Source of the DNA: a virus
Lineage: Duplodnaviria > Caudoviricetes
Virus record (IMG/VR): IMGVR_UViG_3300005764_000016
Span: 4,393-68,392 of that record
Direction: 5' to 3' (one strand)
Length of the DNA stretch: 64,000 nucleotides
Below, piece after piece: positions 43,478 through 52,843 of this stretch. Both the position numbers and the translations under genes were made by a program. The stretch's first letter is position 1. Each line of letters starts with the position of its first letter. The notes beneath the pieces were generated by a model. It did not search any database and was not told the origin of the DNA. It saw only the letters and a program-made list of their open reading frames with translations.

Positions 43478-44872
43478 TTAAATCTCCAGGGGCAAAATCT
43501 TCTGTACGGCAGCGAGTCGCCGCTGCGTGAGTCGCACTTGACTTGATCGAATGTCGCAGCCGAGAAAGCGGCGTCGATACTCCAGGGCGACTTTGCCGGT
43601 AGTTCCCGAACCGCAAAACGGATCGCAGACGACGCCGCCTTTGGGACAGAACGAGCGGATGAAGAATTCCGGCAGGTCCTCTGGAAAGGGGGCTTCGTTT
43701 TCGTGACAGAGTTTGTCGCCCATGTTGCCGCCGCCGGCGATGCATTCGACGACGTTGCCGGGGTTGGCGATTGCCGGCGGCTCGTAGACTCGGCCGGCTT
43801 TCTGGCGGGCGCGGTGCGGGCCGACGTTGGCGCGGTCTTGCATGCTGGCGTAGCCGCTGACGCGCGATCCGTCTTTGGTGCGATGGGACGGATTGCCGCC
43901 CGGTTCGTACCGCGGCGGTTCACCCATTGCCGTGTTGTCGCTCCAGGGCAACTCACCGCCGCGGGTCGCGCAAACGATGTATTCGTAATCGTTGCGCAGC
44001 CAGTCGGGGCCGCCGCTGCCGGGGATGCCGACGCGGTAGTAGATGGGCGGCTTGCGCAAGTGGATGCCAGCGCGATGCAGGTCGGCCATGAGCAACGCTG
44101 GCGCAGCGGACCAGCGATAGTTTTTTGTCTGACCTTCGACGACAAACGCGACGAGCCCCTTGCAACAACGCAAGGCCGCTCGGTAGACCTGGACCATCCA
44201 GGCAACCCATTTCTCGGTTGAAAGTGCGATGCCCTTATCCTCGCCGTTCTCCAGGTACAAGCGCGCTTGTTCGTAAGGCGGCGAACCGAAAACCAGATCG
44301 ATGCTGTCGGCTTCCTGCGCTGCGAACCACTGGAGACAGTCGGCGCATTCGACTTGGTAATAGCGTTCGCTCGCTTCCGCGACGGCGAGCGCTTCCTTTT
44401 CCAGCCGCTTGCGTTCCTTGGCTGTTTCTTCGTCGTGGAATTCGCGGACGATCCGGGCTTGGCTGACGCGCTCGTTCTTGGCGGTGCGATCTTCGATGCG
44501 GTTCTGGATGGTCTGCCAGGACATGCGGGCAAGCTGCTGCGTACGGGAGGATTGCATTTTCGTGATTGGCTCCGGTAACGCACCGTTACCGGAAGAAGTC
44601 CGGCCCCGCGGTCTTACCGTCGCCGTCAGCACTTCGCCGAGCCGGTGGGCGACTTTCATAGCGATCGTCACTGCGGCGTTATGTTCGTCTACGGACAGGT
44701 CTTTCTTGCGTGCAACGTACTCGGCGATCGCGGCGGCTTGGGCTTTGCATTCTTCCAGCGCTGCCACGTCTGAAAGCTGGTCGAGAAATGCAATCATCTT
44801 GCCGGATTCCTTGCTTAGCTGGCATTGCCCGGCTTTCACTTTTTGAAGGATCAGAGCCAGATTTTCAGCCAT
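43478..44872 (-). CDS. N4/N6 DNA methyltransferase (beta class) with N-terminal extension
   Basis: GSPPY, APFPEDL, VCDPFCGSGTT. Confidence 0.9.
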   Translation of the reverse strand: MAENLALILQKVKAGQCQLSKESGKMIAFLDQLSDVAALEECKAQAAAIAEYVARKKDLSVDEHNAAVTIAMKVAHRLGEVLTATVRPRGRTSSGNGALPEPITKMQSSRTQQLARMSWQTIQNRIEDRTAKNERVSQARIVREFHDEETAKERKRLEKEALAVAEASERYYQVECADCLQWFAAQEADSIDLVFGSPPYEQARLYLENGEDKGIALSTEKWVAWMVQVYRAALRCCKGLVAFVVEGQTKNYRWSAAPALLMADLHRAGIHLRKPPIYYRVGIPGSGGPDWLRNDYEYIVCATRGGELPWSDNTAMGEPPRYEPGGNPSHRTKDGSRVSGYASMQDRANVGPHRARQKAGRVYEPPAIANPGNVVECIAGGGNMGDKLCHENEAPFPEDLPEFFIRSFCPKGGVVCDPFCGSGTTGKVALEYRRRFLGCDIRSSQVRLTQRRLAAVQKILPLEI

Positions 44873-45202
44873 CAGGACACCTCATTGTCAATTTCGTCCA
44901 AGATCAGTTCCACGTCGCGCAGGTCGTACACGAGCGCGGCCCAGCCGCCCGCTCGCTCGACCGCATTCAGAAACGACGCTTGCGCCGCGGTCGGCTTGCG
45001 ACCGCGCTGCTTCCAGAAACCAGCCGCGGTAACAGGCCAGCACGTCGCTACAGCCGGGCTCGCTGTTGAGCCGGACGAAGCGCCGCTTGCCGGCGTGGGT
45101 GCCGGCGAACGCGCCGCTGTTGACGCGGATCGCGAAGCCGCCGCGCAGCTCGAGAAACTGCTTCACCATCTTGACCAGGCCGGTTTCGGTCGGGGCTTTC
45201 AT
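44872..45202 (-). pseudogene. VRR-NUC nuclease with an apparent frameshift near 45012
   Basis: GCSDVLACYRGWFL switches frame into KQRGRKPTAAQASFLNAVERAGG; that frame's stop overlaps the MTase ATG. Confidence 0.7.
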
Positions 45203-45299
45203 CTTCTGCTTCCAGCGATTCGCCAGGTGATGACGACGCGGCCGAGCCGCACGACCAGCGTGCCGCCCGCGTAGTCGAAGGACCAGCCAGCGGGGGCCC

Positions 45300-46079
45300 C
45301 TAGACTGACAACGGAAACTCGCCGGCCGAAGTAAAGGAGCCGAAAAGCTGGCCTTGATACTGCCACGGTCGCACCTTCTGTTTTTCGACCCGCGCGACGA
45401 ACCGCGCCGCCTCTTTCCAGTCGTGCACGTCCCGGCCGTGCTTCCACGCCCAGTAGGACCAGGCCATGCTGTCCGCCGAGTACAGGAGCGAGCGCACCAC
45501 GCCGCTCGCCAGCGCCGTCAGCTTGACGCCGAAGCCGTGCAAGCGCAGGTCGGGCCGCTCCCGTTTTATGGCCATGAGCACGTGCTCGACCTCCTCGGGC
45601 TGCTTGTTGCGCTTGCACACCGAGCCGACGCCGACCCACTGGCCTTCTGCGAGTCGCGGGCCGTACTGCCGGACGTGCGCCACGTACTCCTCGGGCCAGA
45701 AGCCTTGCAATACCGGCATCGTGTAGGCCGCGCAGTCCACGGCCTTACGGATCGCGTCGTAGCGCTCGACGGTCATGCGCTGGTGGTCGCGCACGGACAG
45801 GTCGGTTCGGGCCAGCACGAACGGCTCGCACATATAGTCCTGGCTCACCGCGGCGACCAGCTTGCCACAAACACTCCAGCGTCGAATGGCCGCGGCGTAC
45901 TCCTGCGGGGTGTACCGATGCTCGCCGTGGCGGGTGATCTCGGTGAAGGCGCCGCTGTCCATCATCCACTCGCCCGCGTCGAAGTCGCGGACGCGGCCGC
46001 GCAGCGTGTTGACGCTGATGCAGCTCCGCTCGAAGTGGCGGGCAAACGACGCCTTGTCCAGGCCGACGTAAAACTGCAT
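45300..46079 (-). CDS. TGT-like/DpdA-family deazaguanine base-exchange enzyme
   Basis: MMDSGAF, QDYMCEP, PVLQG, VGVGSVCKR, LHGFGVK, SADSMAWS. Confidence 0.75.
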   Translation of the reverse strand: MQFYVGLDKASFARHFERSCISVNTLRGRVRDFDAGEWMMDSGAFTEITRHGEHRYTPQEYAAAIRRWSVCGKLVAAVSQDYMCEPFVLARTDLSVRDHQRMTVERYDAIRKAVDCAAYTMPVLQGFWPEEYVAHVRQYGPRLAEGQWVGVGSVCKRNKQPEEVEHVLMAIKRERPDLRLHGFGVKLTALASGVVRSLLYSADSMAWSYWAWKHGRDVHDWKEAARFVARVEKQKVRPWQYQGQLFGSFTSAGEFPLSV

Positions 46080-46080
46080 G

Positions 46081-46302
46081 TCATTCCACTTCCTTCGCCC
46101 AGCGGCAGCGAAACCCGTAGCGGCCGACCATCTTGAGTAACTTCTTGAGCCGCACGCCCAGGGGCACCGGCGACGGCAGGGCCTCGAGCTCCACGAGCAC
46201 GCGCGGGTTGGCCGGCCTAGTCGTCGTCGTCTTTTTCGCCGCTGGCGGCCCGGGCACGCGCCCGTCCGTTGACCGTTGCTGCGGGTTGCAGGGGTCGGAC
46301 AT
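46081..46302 (-). CDS. Hypothetical small protein (start uncertain)
   Basis: VELEALPSPVP.GVRLKKLLK..GR.GFRC. Confidence 0.4.
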   Translation of the reverse strand: MSDPCNPQQRSTDGRVPGPPAAKKTTTTRPANPRVLVELEALPSPVPLGVRLKKLLKMVGRYGFRCRWAKEVE

Positions 46303-47587
46303 AGTTGTCGAACCGCATGTATTCCTTCTGGAACGCCAGCGTCACCTCGCCCGTGGGTCCGTTGCGATTCTTGGCGACGATGGCCTCGACGGTGTCCTGG
46401 ACCTGGCCGGCGTCGCGCGGCCGGTGCAGGAGCACGACCACGTCGGCGTCGGCCTCCATGGCGCCCGACTCGCGGAGATCCGCCAGCGTCGGCCTTCCCG
46501 AGCTGCGATCCTCGCTCCGGCGATTGACCTGGGCCAGGGCCAGCACCGGCACGGCGAGCTCGTTGGCCACCCGTTTCAAGCCCCGGCTGATGCCGGCCAC
46601 CTGCTCCTGGCGCACGTCCTTCTTGTCTTCGGGCTCGACCAGCTGCAGGTAGTCCACCACGATCATTTTCAGCTGGCCCTTGCTCTTGAGCCGCCGGCCG
46701 GTGGCCGCGATCCGGGACACGTTCTGGTGCGGGTCGCGGTCGATCCACACCGGGTAAGCCGACAGGCGGTGCAGGGCGTCGAGCAGGTCGTCGCGCTCGG
46801 TGGCCGGCAAGATGCCGCGGCGCACGTTCAAGGAGTTGACGCGGGCCTCGTTGCACATCATGCGCTCGGCCAGTTCGACGTGGCTTTGCTCCAAGCTGCA
46901 GAACAGCACCCCGTGGCCTTCCCCGGCGGCGTGCAGGCTCACCTGGCAGGCGAAGCTGGTCTTGCCGCACGACGGCCGCGCGCCGACGATGACGAGCTCC
47001 GCGTCTTGCCAGCCGGCGGTGATCTTGTCCAAGTCGAGGAAGCCCGACGGAATGCCGCTGGCTCCCTGGCGCTGGCAGCGGGCGTCGATGGCGTCGGAGG
47101 CCTCCGACAGGCACTGCTTGAGCGGGATGGCCCCCTGGCGGCGCTCGTGGCAAGCCACGCTGAAAATCTTGGCCTCGGCATCGGCGACCAGGTCGTGCGC
47201 CGAGCCGATCTTGCCGTCCACGGCGGCCACGATCTCGCAGGCAGCGTGCCGCAGCCGGCGGCGCAGGGCCTCCTCGGCGACCTGGGCGGCGTAGGCCATT
47301 GCCCCGGCGCCCACGGGCTCGTTGTCCCAGAGCTGGGCCAGGTAGGTGTACTTCACGTCGTCGATCTGGCCGCGGCGCTGGAGCAGGTCGGCGACGGTCA
47401 CGGTGTCCGCGGGCAGGCCCTGGCCGCGCAGGTGCACGATGGCGGCGTAGACGAGCTGGTGCGCGTGGGCCCGGAAGTCGGCGACGTCGACGGCCAAGAC
47501 GACGTCGTCGATCGTGGCGTTCCAGCGGAGCAGCGAGCCCAGCAGGGCCCGCTCGCTGCGGAAACTGTCGTCGGTCATTTCGGTCAT
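46217..47587 (-). CDS. dnaB: Replicative helicase DnaB-like
   Basis: GARPSCGKTS, IVVDYLQL, LAQVNR, DLRESGAMEADAD, KNRNGPTG. Confidence 0.95.
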   Translation of the reverse strand: MTEMTDDSFRSERALLGSLLRWNATIDDVVLAVDVADFRAHAHQLVYAAIVHLRGQGLPADTVTVADLLQRRGQIDDVKYTYLAQLWDNEPVGAGAMAYAAQVAEEALRRRLRHAACEIVAAVDGKIGSAHDLVADAEAKIFSVACHERRQGAIPLKQCLSEASDAIDARCQRQGASGIPSGFLDLDKITAGWQDAELVIVGARPSCGKTSFACQVSLHAAGEGHGVLFCSLEQSHVELAERMMCNEARVNSLNVRRGILPATERDDLLDALHRLSAYPVWIDRDPHQNVSRIAATGRRLKSKGQLKMIVVDYLQLVEPEDKKDVRQEQVAGISRGLKRVANELAVPVLALAQVNRRSEDRSSGRPTLADLRESGAMEADADVVVLLHRPRDAGQVQDTVEAIVAKNRNGPTGEVTLAFQKEYMRFDNYVRPLQPAATVNGRARARAASGEKDDDD

Positions 47588-48744
47588 TGCGTTCCTTTCC
47601 GGCGGTCTCGAAACACGTAGGGGACGCCCTCGACCCGATCGAGCGCGTCGAGGTCGGCCTTTTGCTTGTCCAGGCGACGCTGGCGCTGGGACTCGGTTTC
47701 CTCGGGCGGGCCGTTGGCGTTGGGAAGGTTTTCGAGCGGCGGCTCGTCGCGAAACATTTCTTCGGAAATCCAGGCGGCGGCATTGTTGACGCGGCCGTTG
47801 CGCCAGCGCAGGGATCGTTTCCAGAGCTCGAGCTGATCGAGCATCAACTGGCGAACGTCGGGGCTGGGGTCCAAGACTCGGACAGCCATGAGAGCGGCCT
47901 GGCCGCCTTGCCGGAAGCCGTCCGGCCAGCGCGGCCAGAACACGTCCCAAAACCAATTGGTTTGGTCGTAAGGACGACGCTCCTGGGGCTGCCCCTCTCT
48001 CCCCTGCACCCCTCTCTCCGAAGAAGAAATACCAGAACCATAACCATAACCAGGATGTTGAGTGTTTGTTGCCCCGCTTGTTGAACAAATGCTCTCACTT
48101 TGTTGAGCATTTGTTGAGCATTTGTTCGACATTTGTTGAAGTAAAGTCCCGATGCCGAGCACTTGTTTCTCGCTAATCCTAAACCATTCCCCTTTCAGGC
48201 GTTCCTTCGCAAAATGATCGTGAACGAATCGCTCTGCCTCTTGCATGTTTGGCACGCTCCAGGTGCCGAGCATGCTGCAGTACGTCGAAAACTTGCTGAA
48301 TCGGTCGTGTGGATCGACCGAAGAACCGATTTTTACGGTTCCGTCTTTGTGTTTTTGGAAGGCGTAAAGAAACCCCCGGCGCGAGGCCTGGCTTTTCTGG
48401 CCAGCCCGAGAGCGCTTGGCGGAGATTCCCGAGGCGTGTTCCCACTCCTTCCGCAAGCGTTTTTGCAAGAGACGCTTGCCGTCGGGCGTGGGTGTGAAAC
48501 AAGCCAGCACGAGAGTGCGAACGGCATTCCAGCCATCGGCACTCAGTCGTGCCAACCTGGCCAGAATTGCCTCGTCGTTGGGTAAAGTTGCTGGTGGCTC
48601 GTCTTGCCAAGCATGCAGCAGCAACAGGAGGTATGCCCCAATCTGCTCCGTGTTCATTGATGCGACCTTGATGTCGCCCAGGAAATCCTTGACCCAAAAG
48701 CGAAAATAGGGGTACTCAGATGCCACCGTTCTTGCCCTTTCCAT
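47584..48744 (-). CDS. Replication initiator (DUF1376/YdaU-like) with an internal T5orf172/GIY-YIG domain
   Basis: YFRFWVKDF..GAYLLLL..W..PPATLPND; internal GFLYAF..VKIGSS..GEWF; upstream of dnaB. Confidence 0.75.
   Translation of the reverse strand: MERARTVASEYPYFRFWVKDFLGDIKVASMNTEQIGAYLLLLLHAWQDEPPATLPNDEAILARLARLSADGWNAVRTLVLACFTPTPDGKRLLQKRLRKEWEHASGISAKRSRAGQKSQASRRGFLYAFQKHKDGTVKIGSSVDPHDRFSKFSTYCSMLGTWSVPNMQEAERFVHDHFAKERLKGEWFRISEKQVLGIGTLLQQMSNKCSTNAQQSESICSTSGATNTQHPGYGYGSGISSSERGVQGREGQPQERRPYDQTNWFWDVFWPRWPDGFRQGGQAALMAVRVLDPSPDVRQLMLDQLELWKRSLRWRNGRVNNAAAWISEEMFRDEPPLENLPNANGPPEETESQRQRRLDKQKADLDALDRVEGVPYVFRDRRKGTQ
48099..48141. repeat. Four tandem 11-nt iteron-like repeats (putative origin)
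   Basis: tttgttgagca x2, tttgttcgaca, tttgttgaag in an AT-rich patch within the initiator gene. Confidence 0.65.
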
Positions 48745-48787
48745 TTTGGTGGTCAGAGTTCGTGCTCCTCACGGTGAAAGTCCGGCT

Positions 48788-50026
48788 TCATCCCTCTTCG
48801 CCGGGCTGCCGTTTGGGCGCTCGCTTGGGCTTGATGGCCTTGCTGCGCTCGATCGCTTCCTTTTTCAGCACCGCCGCCATGGTGCCCAGCCAGATGGCGT
48901 TGCGGTCGATCCGCTCGATCACCCCGGTGAGAGCCTCGTCGGTGACGGCCTGGGTAATTACCGCGCGAATGGCGGCGATCTCGTCCTGGCGCTCCAGGTC
49001 GGCGGCGTTTGGTTCGGGCGCCGGTGTTGGTGTCGGCGTGGGCGTCGGCGTAGGGGCGGGCGCGGCGGCCTTGCCGTTGCCGTTGCCCTTGGCCTTGGGG
49101 CGATTCTCGAGCTCCCACTGGAGCATCAACAGGATGCCCTCGGCCGCGGCGGCGGTGAGCTCGGCCGAGGTCTTGGCGCCGTGCTTCTTGATGAGGGCCT
49201 GCATCTTCTCGGGGCCGTAGCCGAGTTTCTCGGCGAGCTCCATCATCTTGTAGCGCTGGTCGAGGCTCGCCGTCTTGACCTCGGGCAGGTCGGAGATGTC
49301 GCGGTCGTCGCCGCCCTTGCCGCTGGCGGTCTCCTTGTCCTCGTCCACGTCCACGGTGAACACGTCGGAGACGGCGGTGACCGTCTTGACCGCCGACAGG
49401 AAGGCGCGCTTGGCGGCCATCTTGAGAACGGTGTTCCACAGGTCGGGAAGGTCGGGATTGACCACGCGGCCCGCAGGCTGGTCGGTAATGCGTCGGTCGT
49501 CCGGGGCAAACTTGGCTCCGCAGCCGCCCTTTTTCCGCCAGCAAAAGTAGCCCGGTTCGTCCTTTTTCTTGCTCTCGAAAATGGTCGTCTGGTCGCACTC
49601 GGGACAGCTACGCCCGCTCTTGAGATAGGCGTACTTTTTCTCCTGCGTGCCGCAGGAGCCCAGCCCCCAGCCCCACTGCTGGCCCGTGATAATGTGCGTC
49701 AAGGTGCACGTCACCCGAAAATAACGGTGGTTGCCGTCGGCGTGCATCACGATCAATTCGGGGGGGAACTTGGGCGCGAGGCGGAACGTGCGGCAGAGAA
49801 CCTCGCCGCCGGGCTGCCACAGCGACGGCCGCTGCGTGCCCTCGATCGTGCCGTAGTGGTGGCCTTTCTTCATGATGTGTTCCATCACGTCTTCGATCAG
49901 CTTCTGAGCCTCGAGGAGCTGCTCGACGGAGAGCACCATCGGCTCGTTATGCGCTGGCCGGGGCGCCGGCACCTCGTCCGTGCGGTCGATGAATTGCGAA
50001 ATCTCGGGCAGGTTCGTGGCTACCAT
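48788..50026 (-). CDS. Putative single-strand annealing/recombination protein with Zn-ribbon insert
   Basis: YGTIEG..PSL..PGGE; NTVLKMAAKRA..SDVFT.D; CPEC..GC insert; near Gp157. Confidence 0.55.
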   Translation of the reverse strand: MVATNLPEISQFIDRTDEVPAPRPAHNEPMVLSVEQLLEAQKLIEDVMEHIMKKGHHYGTIEGTQRPSLWQPGGEVLCRTFRLAPKFPPELIVMHADGNHRYFRVTCTLTHIITGQQWGWGLGSCGTQEKKYAYLKSGRSCPECDQTTIFESKKKDEPGYFCWRKKGGCGAKFAPDDRRITDQPAGRVVNPDLPDLWNTVLKMAAKRAFLSAVKTVTAVSDVFTVDVDEDKETASGKGGDDRDISDLPEVKTASLDQRYKMMELAEKLGYGPEKMQALIKKHGAKTSAELTAAAAEGILLMLQWELENRPKAKGNGNGKAAAPAPTPTPTPTPTPAPEPNAADLERQDEIAAIRAVITQAVTDEALTGVIERIDRNAIWLGTMAAVLKKEAIERSKAIKPKRAPKRQPGEEG

Positions 50027-50152
50027 TGGGATCGCTTCCTCTCTGTGGTTGAATGAGAGCGGGCGGACCTCCGTGTCCACCCGTCCGCGGAATGTAGGAA
50101 GCCGGGCAGGGGAGGGGGCCTTCCCTGGCCCCTCCCCGCCCGGGAGCACGGT

Positions 50153-50338
50153 TCACTTCGGGGCCAGCCGCGCCTCGGCGGCCGGCAACAGCTCCTCGCG
50201 CATGATCTTGACGTGCGGCGCCGCCTCGAATCCCAGGCGGACCCTGCCGCATTCCTGATGGACCAGCAAAATCCAGATCATTTCCTCGCCCACCTGCAGG
50301 CGGACGGCCTCGCCGGTCCTTCGCGTGAGTACCAACAT
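50153..50338 (-). CDS. csrA: CsrA-family RNA-binding protein
   Basis: MLVLTRR.GE.V...VRLGFEAAPHVKIMREEL. Confidence 0.85.
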   Translation of the reverse strand: MLVLTRRTGEAVRLQVGEEMIWILLVHQECGRVRLGFEAAPHVKIMREELLPAAEARLAPK

Positions 50339-50378
50339 GGTCGCGAGTCCTTTCTGCTGACATGGTGGCGAGTCCAGG

Positions 50379-50576
50379 TCAGGGTTTGTACGTGCCCGAG
50401 CCGCTGTTGAGCGCTTCGCCAAGTGCCTGGTTGACAGCACTCGACCCATTGAGCCAGGCCACGCGCTTCGCGGCCTCTTCTCGTGTCGAGTGATCGCTGT
50501 CGGTCCACCACTTGCCGGCGGGATCGTAATAGCCGACCGTCCAGCAGCCCGGATCGGTGCGTTTGTAAACCCACAT
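50379..50576 (-). CDS. Small conserved phage protein
   Basis: WTVGYYDPAGKW..A.RV..LNG. Confidence 0.6.
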   Translation of the reverse strand: MWVYKRTDPGCWTVGYYDPAGKWWTDSDHSTREEAAKRVAWLNGSSAVNQALGEALNSGSGTYKP

Positions 50577-50587
50577 GATCGCGCCTC

Positions 50588-51115
50588 CTAGCTGATGCGA
50601 AGGTGACGGCCGCGCGGCAACAGCCGGCAGCCGGGAACGTCCTGGCCCGCCACCAGGGCGTCGCGGATGGCCTCGACCCGCGGCCGGTACGTGGTCTCGC
50701 TGCGCCGGTACTGCTCGGGCAATTGCTCGGCCGGCACGTCCAGGGCGTAGGGCTGGGCGCCGCCGTTCTGACAGAGCGCGATGCGGTAGCGCTGGGTCTC
50801 GACCTTCTGGATACCCTGGGCCTCCAGAAACATCCGCAGCCGCGTCTTGAGCGAGTCGACCACGTGCTCGTCGGCGGACACGCGCCTTTCGAGGCGTTCT
50901 TTCTCCTCGCGCCGGGCCGCCGCCCGCAAGGTCAGCTCGCGGATCAGGGCGGCGTAGTTGTCGAGCTTCAAGTCGCGGTCCTGGGAGAGGTCGGCGAACC
51001 AGCGGTCCAGGGTCTCGGCGGCCTCGGGCGACAATTCGCCGTCGGCGTCGGCGGCCTCGTCCAAGAGGGCGATGAAGGCCAAGAGCTCGCCGGAAATTTG
51101 CAAGAGCGTGGGCAT
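50588..51115 (-). CDS. Siphovirus Gp157-like protein
   Basis: KLDNYAALIREL, coiled coil, AL.AG.DVPG..L..G.HLRI. Confidence 0.8.
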   Translation of the reverse strand: MPTLLQISGELLAFIALLDEAADADGELSPEAAETLDRWFADLSQDRDLKLDNYAALIRELTLRAAARREEKERLERRVSADEHVVDSLKTRLRMFLEAQGIQKVETQRYRIALCQNGGAQPYALDVPAEQLPEQYRRSETTYRPRVEAIRDALVAGQDVPGCRLLPRGRHLRIS

Positions 51116-51205
51116 GATGATGCCTCCTGCCTGACGGGATGGGATTGCCACGCCCTACATTCTAAGCACGTTGCGTCTTTGCGTCAATGTGCGTTAGACG
51201 CAAAT

Positions 51206-51233
51206 TGACATTTATGGACCACTGGCTATAATC
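51206..51233 (+). promoter_or_regulatory. Rightward sigma70 promoter
   Basis: TTGACA-N16-TATAAT. Confidence 0.65.
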
Positions 51234-51275
51234 GGATAATGGCACGTTGACTTTTTGTCTTGAGAGGACACATTC

Positions 51276-51533
51276 ATGCTTGCTACGCTGGAGCCGTCGT
51301 CCGTCAAACAAGGATTGGAGAGACCGGACATGGCCCGCAAGAAGCCGCCCACCAAGACGGTCAGGGTGCACCTGGACGTGGCCGCCATGATCGACACCTG
51401 CGCCGGAGCAGAAAGGCGGCCGGTGCCCGAATGGCTCAGCGACCTGCTCAGGCCTTTGCTCAAGGAACGCATAGCCAAGTCCGTGGCGGCCTTGATCGGC
51501 GAGGACCTGCAACCCAGGAAGCGGAAACAGTGA
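51276..51533 (+). CDS. Small RHH-like regulator
   Basis: KTVRVHLDVAAMI..WLSDLLRP. Confidence 0.55.
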   Translation: MLATLEPSSVKQGLERPDMARKKPPTKTVRVHLDVAAMIDTCAGAERRPVPEWLSDLLRPLLKERIAKSVAALIGEDLQPRKRKQ

Positions 51534-51538
51534 CCCCG

Positions 51539-51823
51539 TCAGGTCGGCCCGTTCAGGTGCAGGCCGAAGCGCTCGAGCGTCTGCCGCGTGTGCTGCCGCC
51601 GCGACCGCTGCTCGGCGAAGGTCTCGGGATGCGCGGCGGCCTCCACGGGCACGAACAGGGCCCCCAGGTCGGCCCGGCTGACGTAGAGTCGGCCCACGCG
51701 CTTCCAGGCGGCCAGCTGGCCCTTGCGAATCCAGTTGTAGACGGTGTCGATCGTGACTTGGGCGTGGCGGGCGGCCTGGGCCACGGGGATCAGGTCGTCG
51801 GGCAGCTCGGGTGGCGCGTCCAC
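51539..51823 (-). CDS. Excisionase-like HTH_17 protein
   Basis: IPVAQAA..VTIDTVYNWIRKGQL.A..VG. Confidence 0.75.
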   Translation of the reverse strand: MDAPPELPDDLIPVAQAARHAQVTIDTVYNWIRKGQLAAWKRVGRLYVSRADLGALFVPVEAAAHPETFAEQRSRRQHTRQTLERFGLHLNGPT

Positions 51824-51970
51824 GGTGCGTTACCTCCTCGGGGCGGCGAGCCGTCTTATCTACGCCCGGCCCCATGTGACCTGCAAGGGGCAAATGTGAC
51901 ATGGAATCTGACGGTCACTTTTGACCGGAGTGTCCCTGCTCGTGACAGGTCACTTTTCCAGGCGGCCAAT

Positions 51971-52156
51971 GAGCCGTGGAGTGCGAGCGAACCGTGGAAG
52001 ATGAGCGCAGCCGTTTCAAGGGAGAGAACCGTAAGAAGGGAGCGCAGCCGATCGCCGGGAGCGAACCGAAATGGTTGAGCGCAGCCGAAATTCGAGAGCG
52101 AACCGAGGAAGTCGAGCGCAGCCATACGACCAGAGTGAACCGAGCGCTACGAGCGC
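51971..52156 (+). repeat. TIGR-like dual-repeat array 4 (5 units, plus strand)
   Basis: GAGCGAACC/GAGCGCAGCC alternating with 9-nt spacers, opposite orientation to arrays 1-3. Confidence 0.9.
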
Positions 52157-52158
52157 CC

Positions 52159-52524
52159 TTACGACTTGTAATAGCCGTCGGCCCCGCGCAGGAGCACCGG
52201 CGGATCGTGCCGGCACAGGGCCCGCAGGGCGGCGTAAAAGTGACTGTCCAGCCGCTTCCCCAGCTTGTGGGCGATGACCTTGGCCGGCCGCGGATCGCGT
52301 CCGACGGCACCCAGGATGCGCCGCTGCAGGCCCTTGAGGCGCACGGACGGGGCCTGGGGTTTCTGGTCGAGTGCCGTCGCCGGGACGTAGTAGACCAGCC
52401 GCGCCCGCGCGTCGTGCGGGTCGCGGATCGTCACCTGGATCATCGAGCGCGGCCCGTGGGCCGACTCGAAGGCGCGCTGGGCTTCCTTCAACCACGGGGC
52501 GACGATTCTCGGTGCTGACGTCAC
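52159..52524 (-). CDS. Hypothetical protein with C-terminal winged-helix character
   Basis: 121 aa; its stop abuts the 3' end of array 4. Confidence 0.5.
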   Translation of the reverse strand: MTSAPRIVAPWLKEAQRAFESAHGPRSMIQVTIRDPHDARARLVYYVPATALDQKPQAPSVRLKGLQRRILGAVGRDPRPAKVIAHKLGKRLDSHFYAALRALCRHDPPVLLRGADGYYKS

Positions 52525-52721
52525 GACCGCCTCCGGTTAGGGTGTCGTTCCACGCGGAGCCGTGTGGTGCAAGCCGAGGAGTTCCTTCTCAACAGAGATT
52601 GTAAACGTCGGTCGGCGGAACGCCGACCGTCAGAAATGCTCGCGAGCCGCGACGGGATCGAGTCACCCCTGGGCTCGCGAGCGCCACTCGGTGGTGGGCT
52701 AGAGCCGCGAGGGAATCGTAA

Positions 52722-52834
52722 ATCCTACGGGAGTTTATAACGTTGTCAAAGCATTTCTAATTTTTAATCTTTTCCCACCCTCACAGTGCCGTTATGCGGA
52801 GTAGCCTTGTCAACTTGGGATAGCTGGTTATACT
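52722..52834. promoter_or_regulatory. Divergent promoter pair
   Basis: Leftward TTGACA-N16-TAGGAT (52749-52722); rightward TTGTCA-N16-TATACT (52807-52834). Confidence 0.5.
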
Positions 52835-52843
52835 TTGTAAGGA

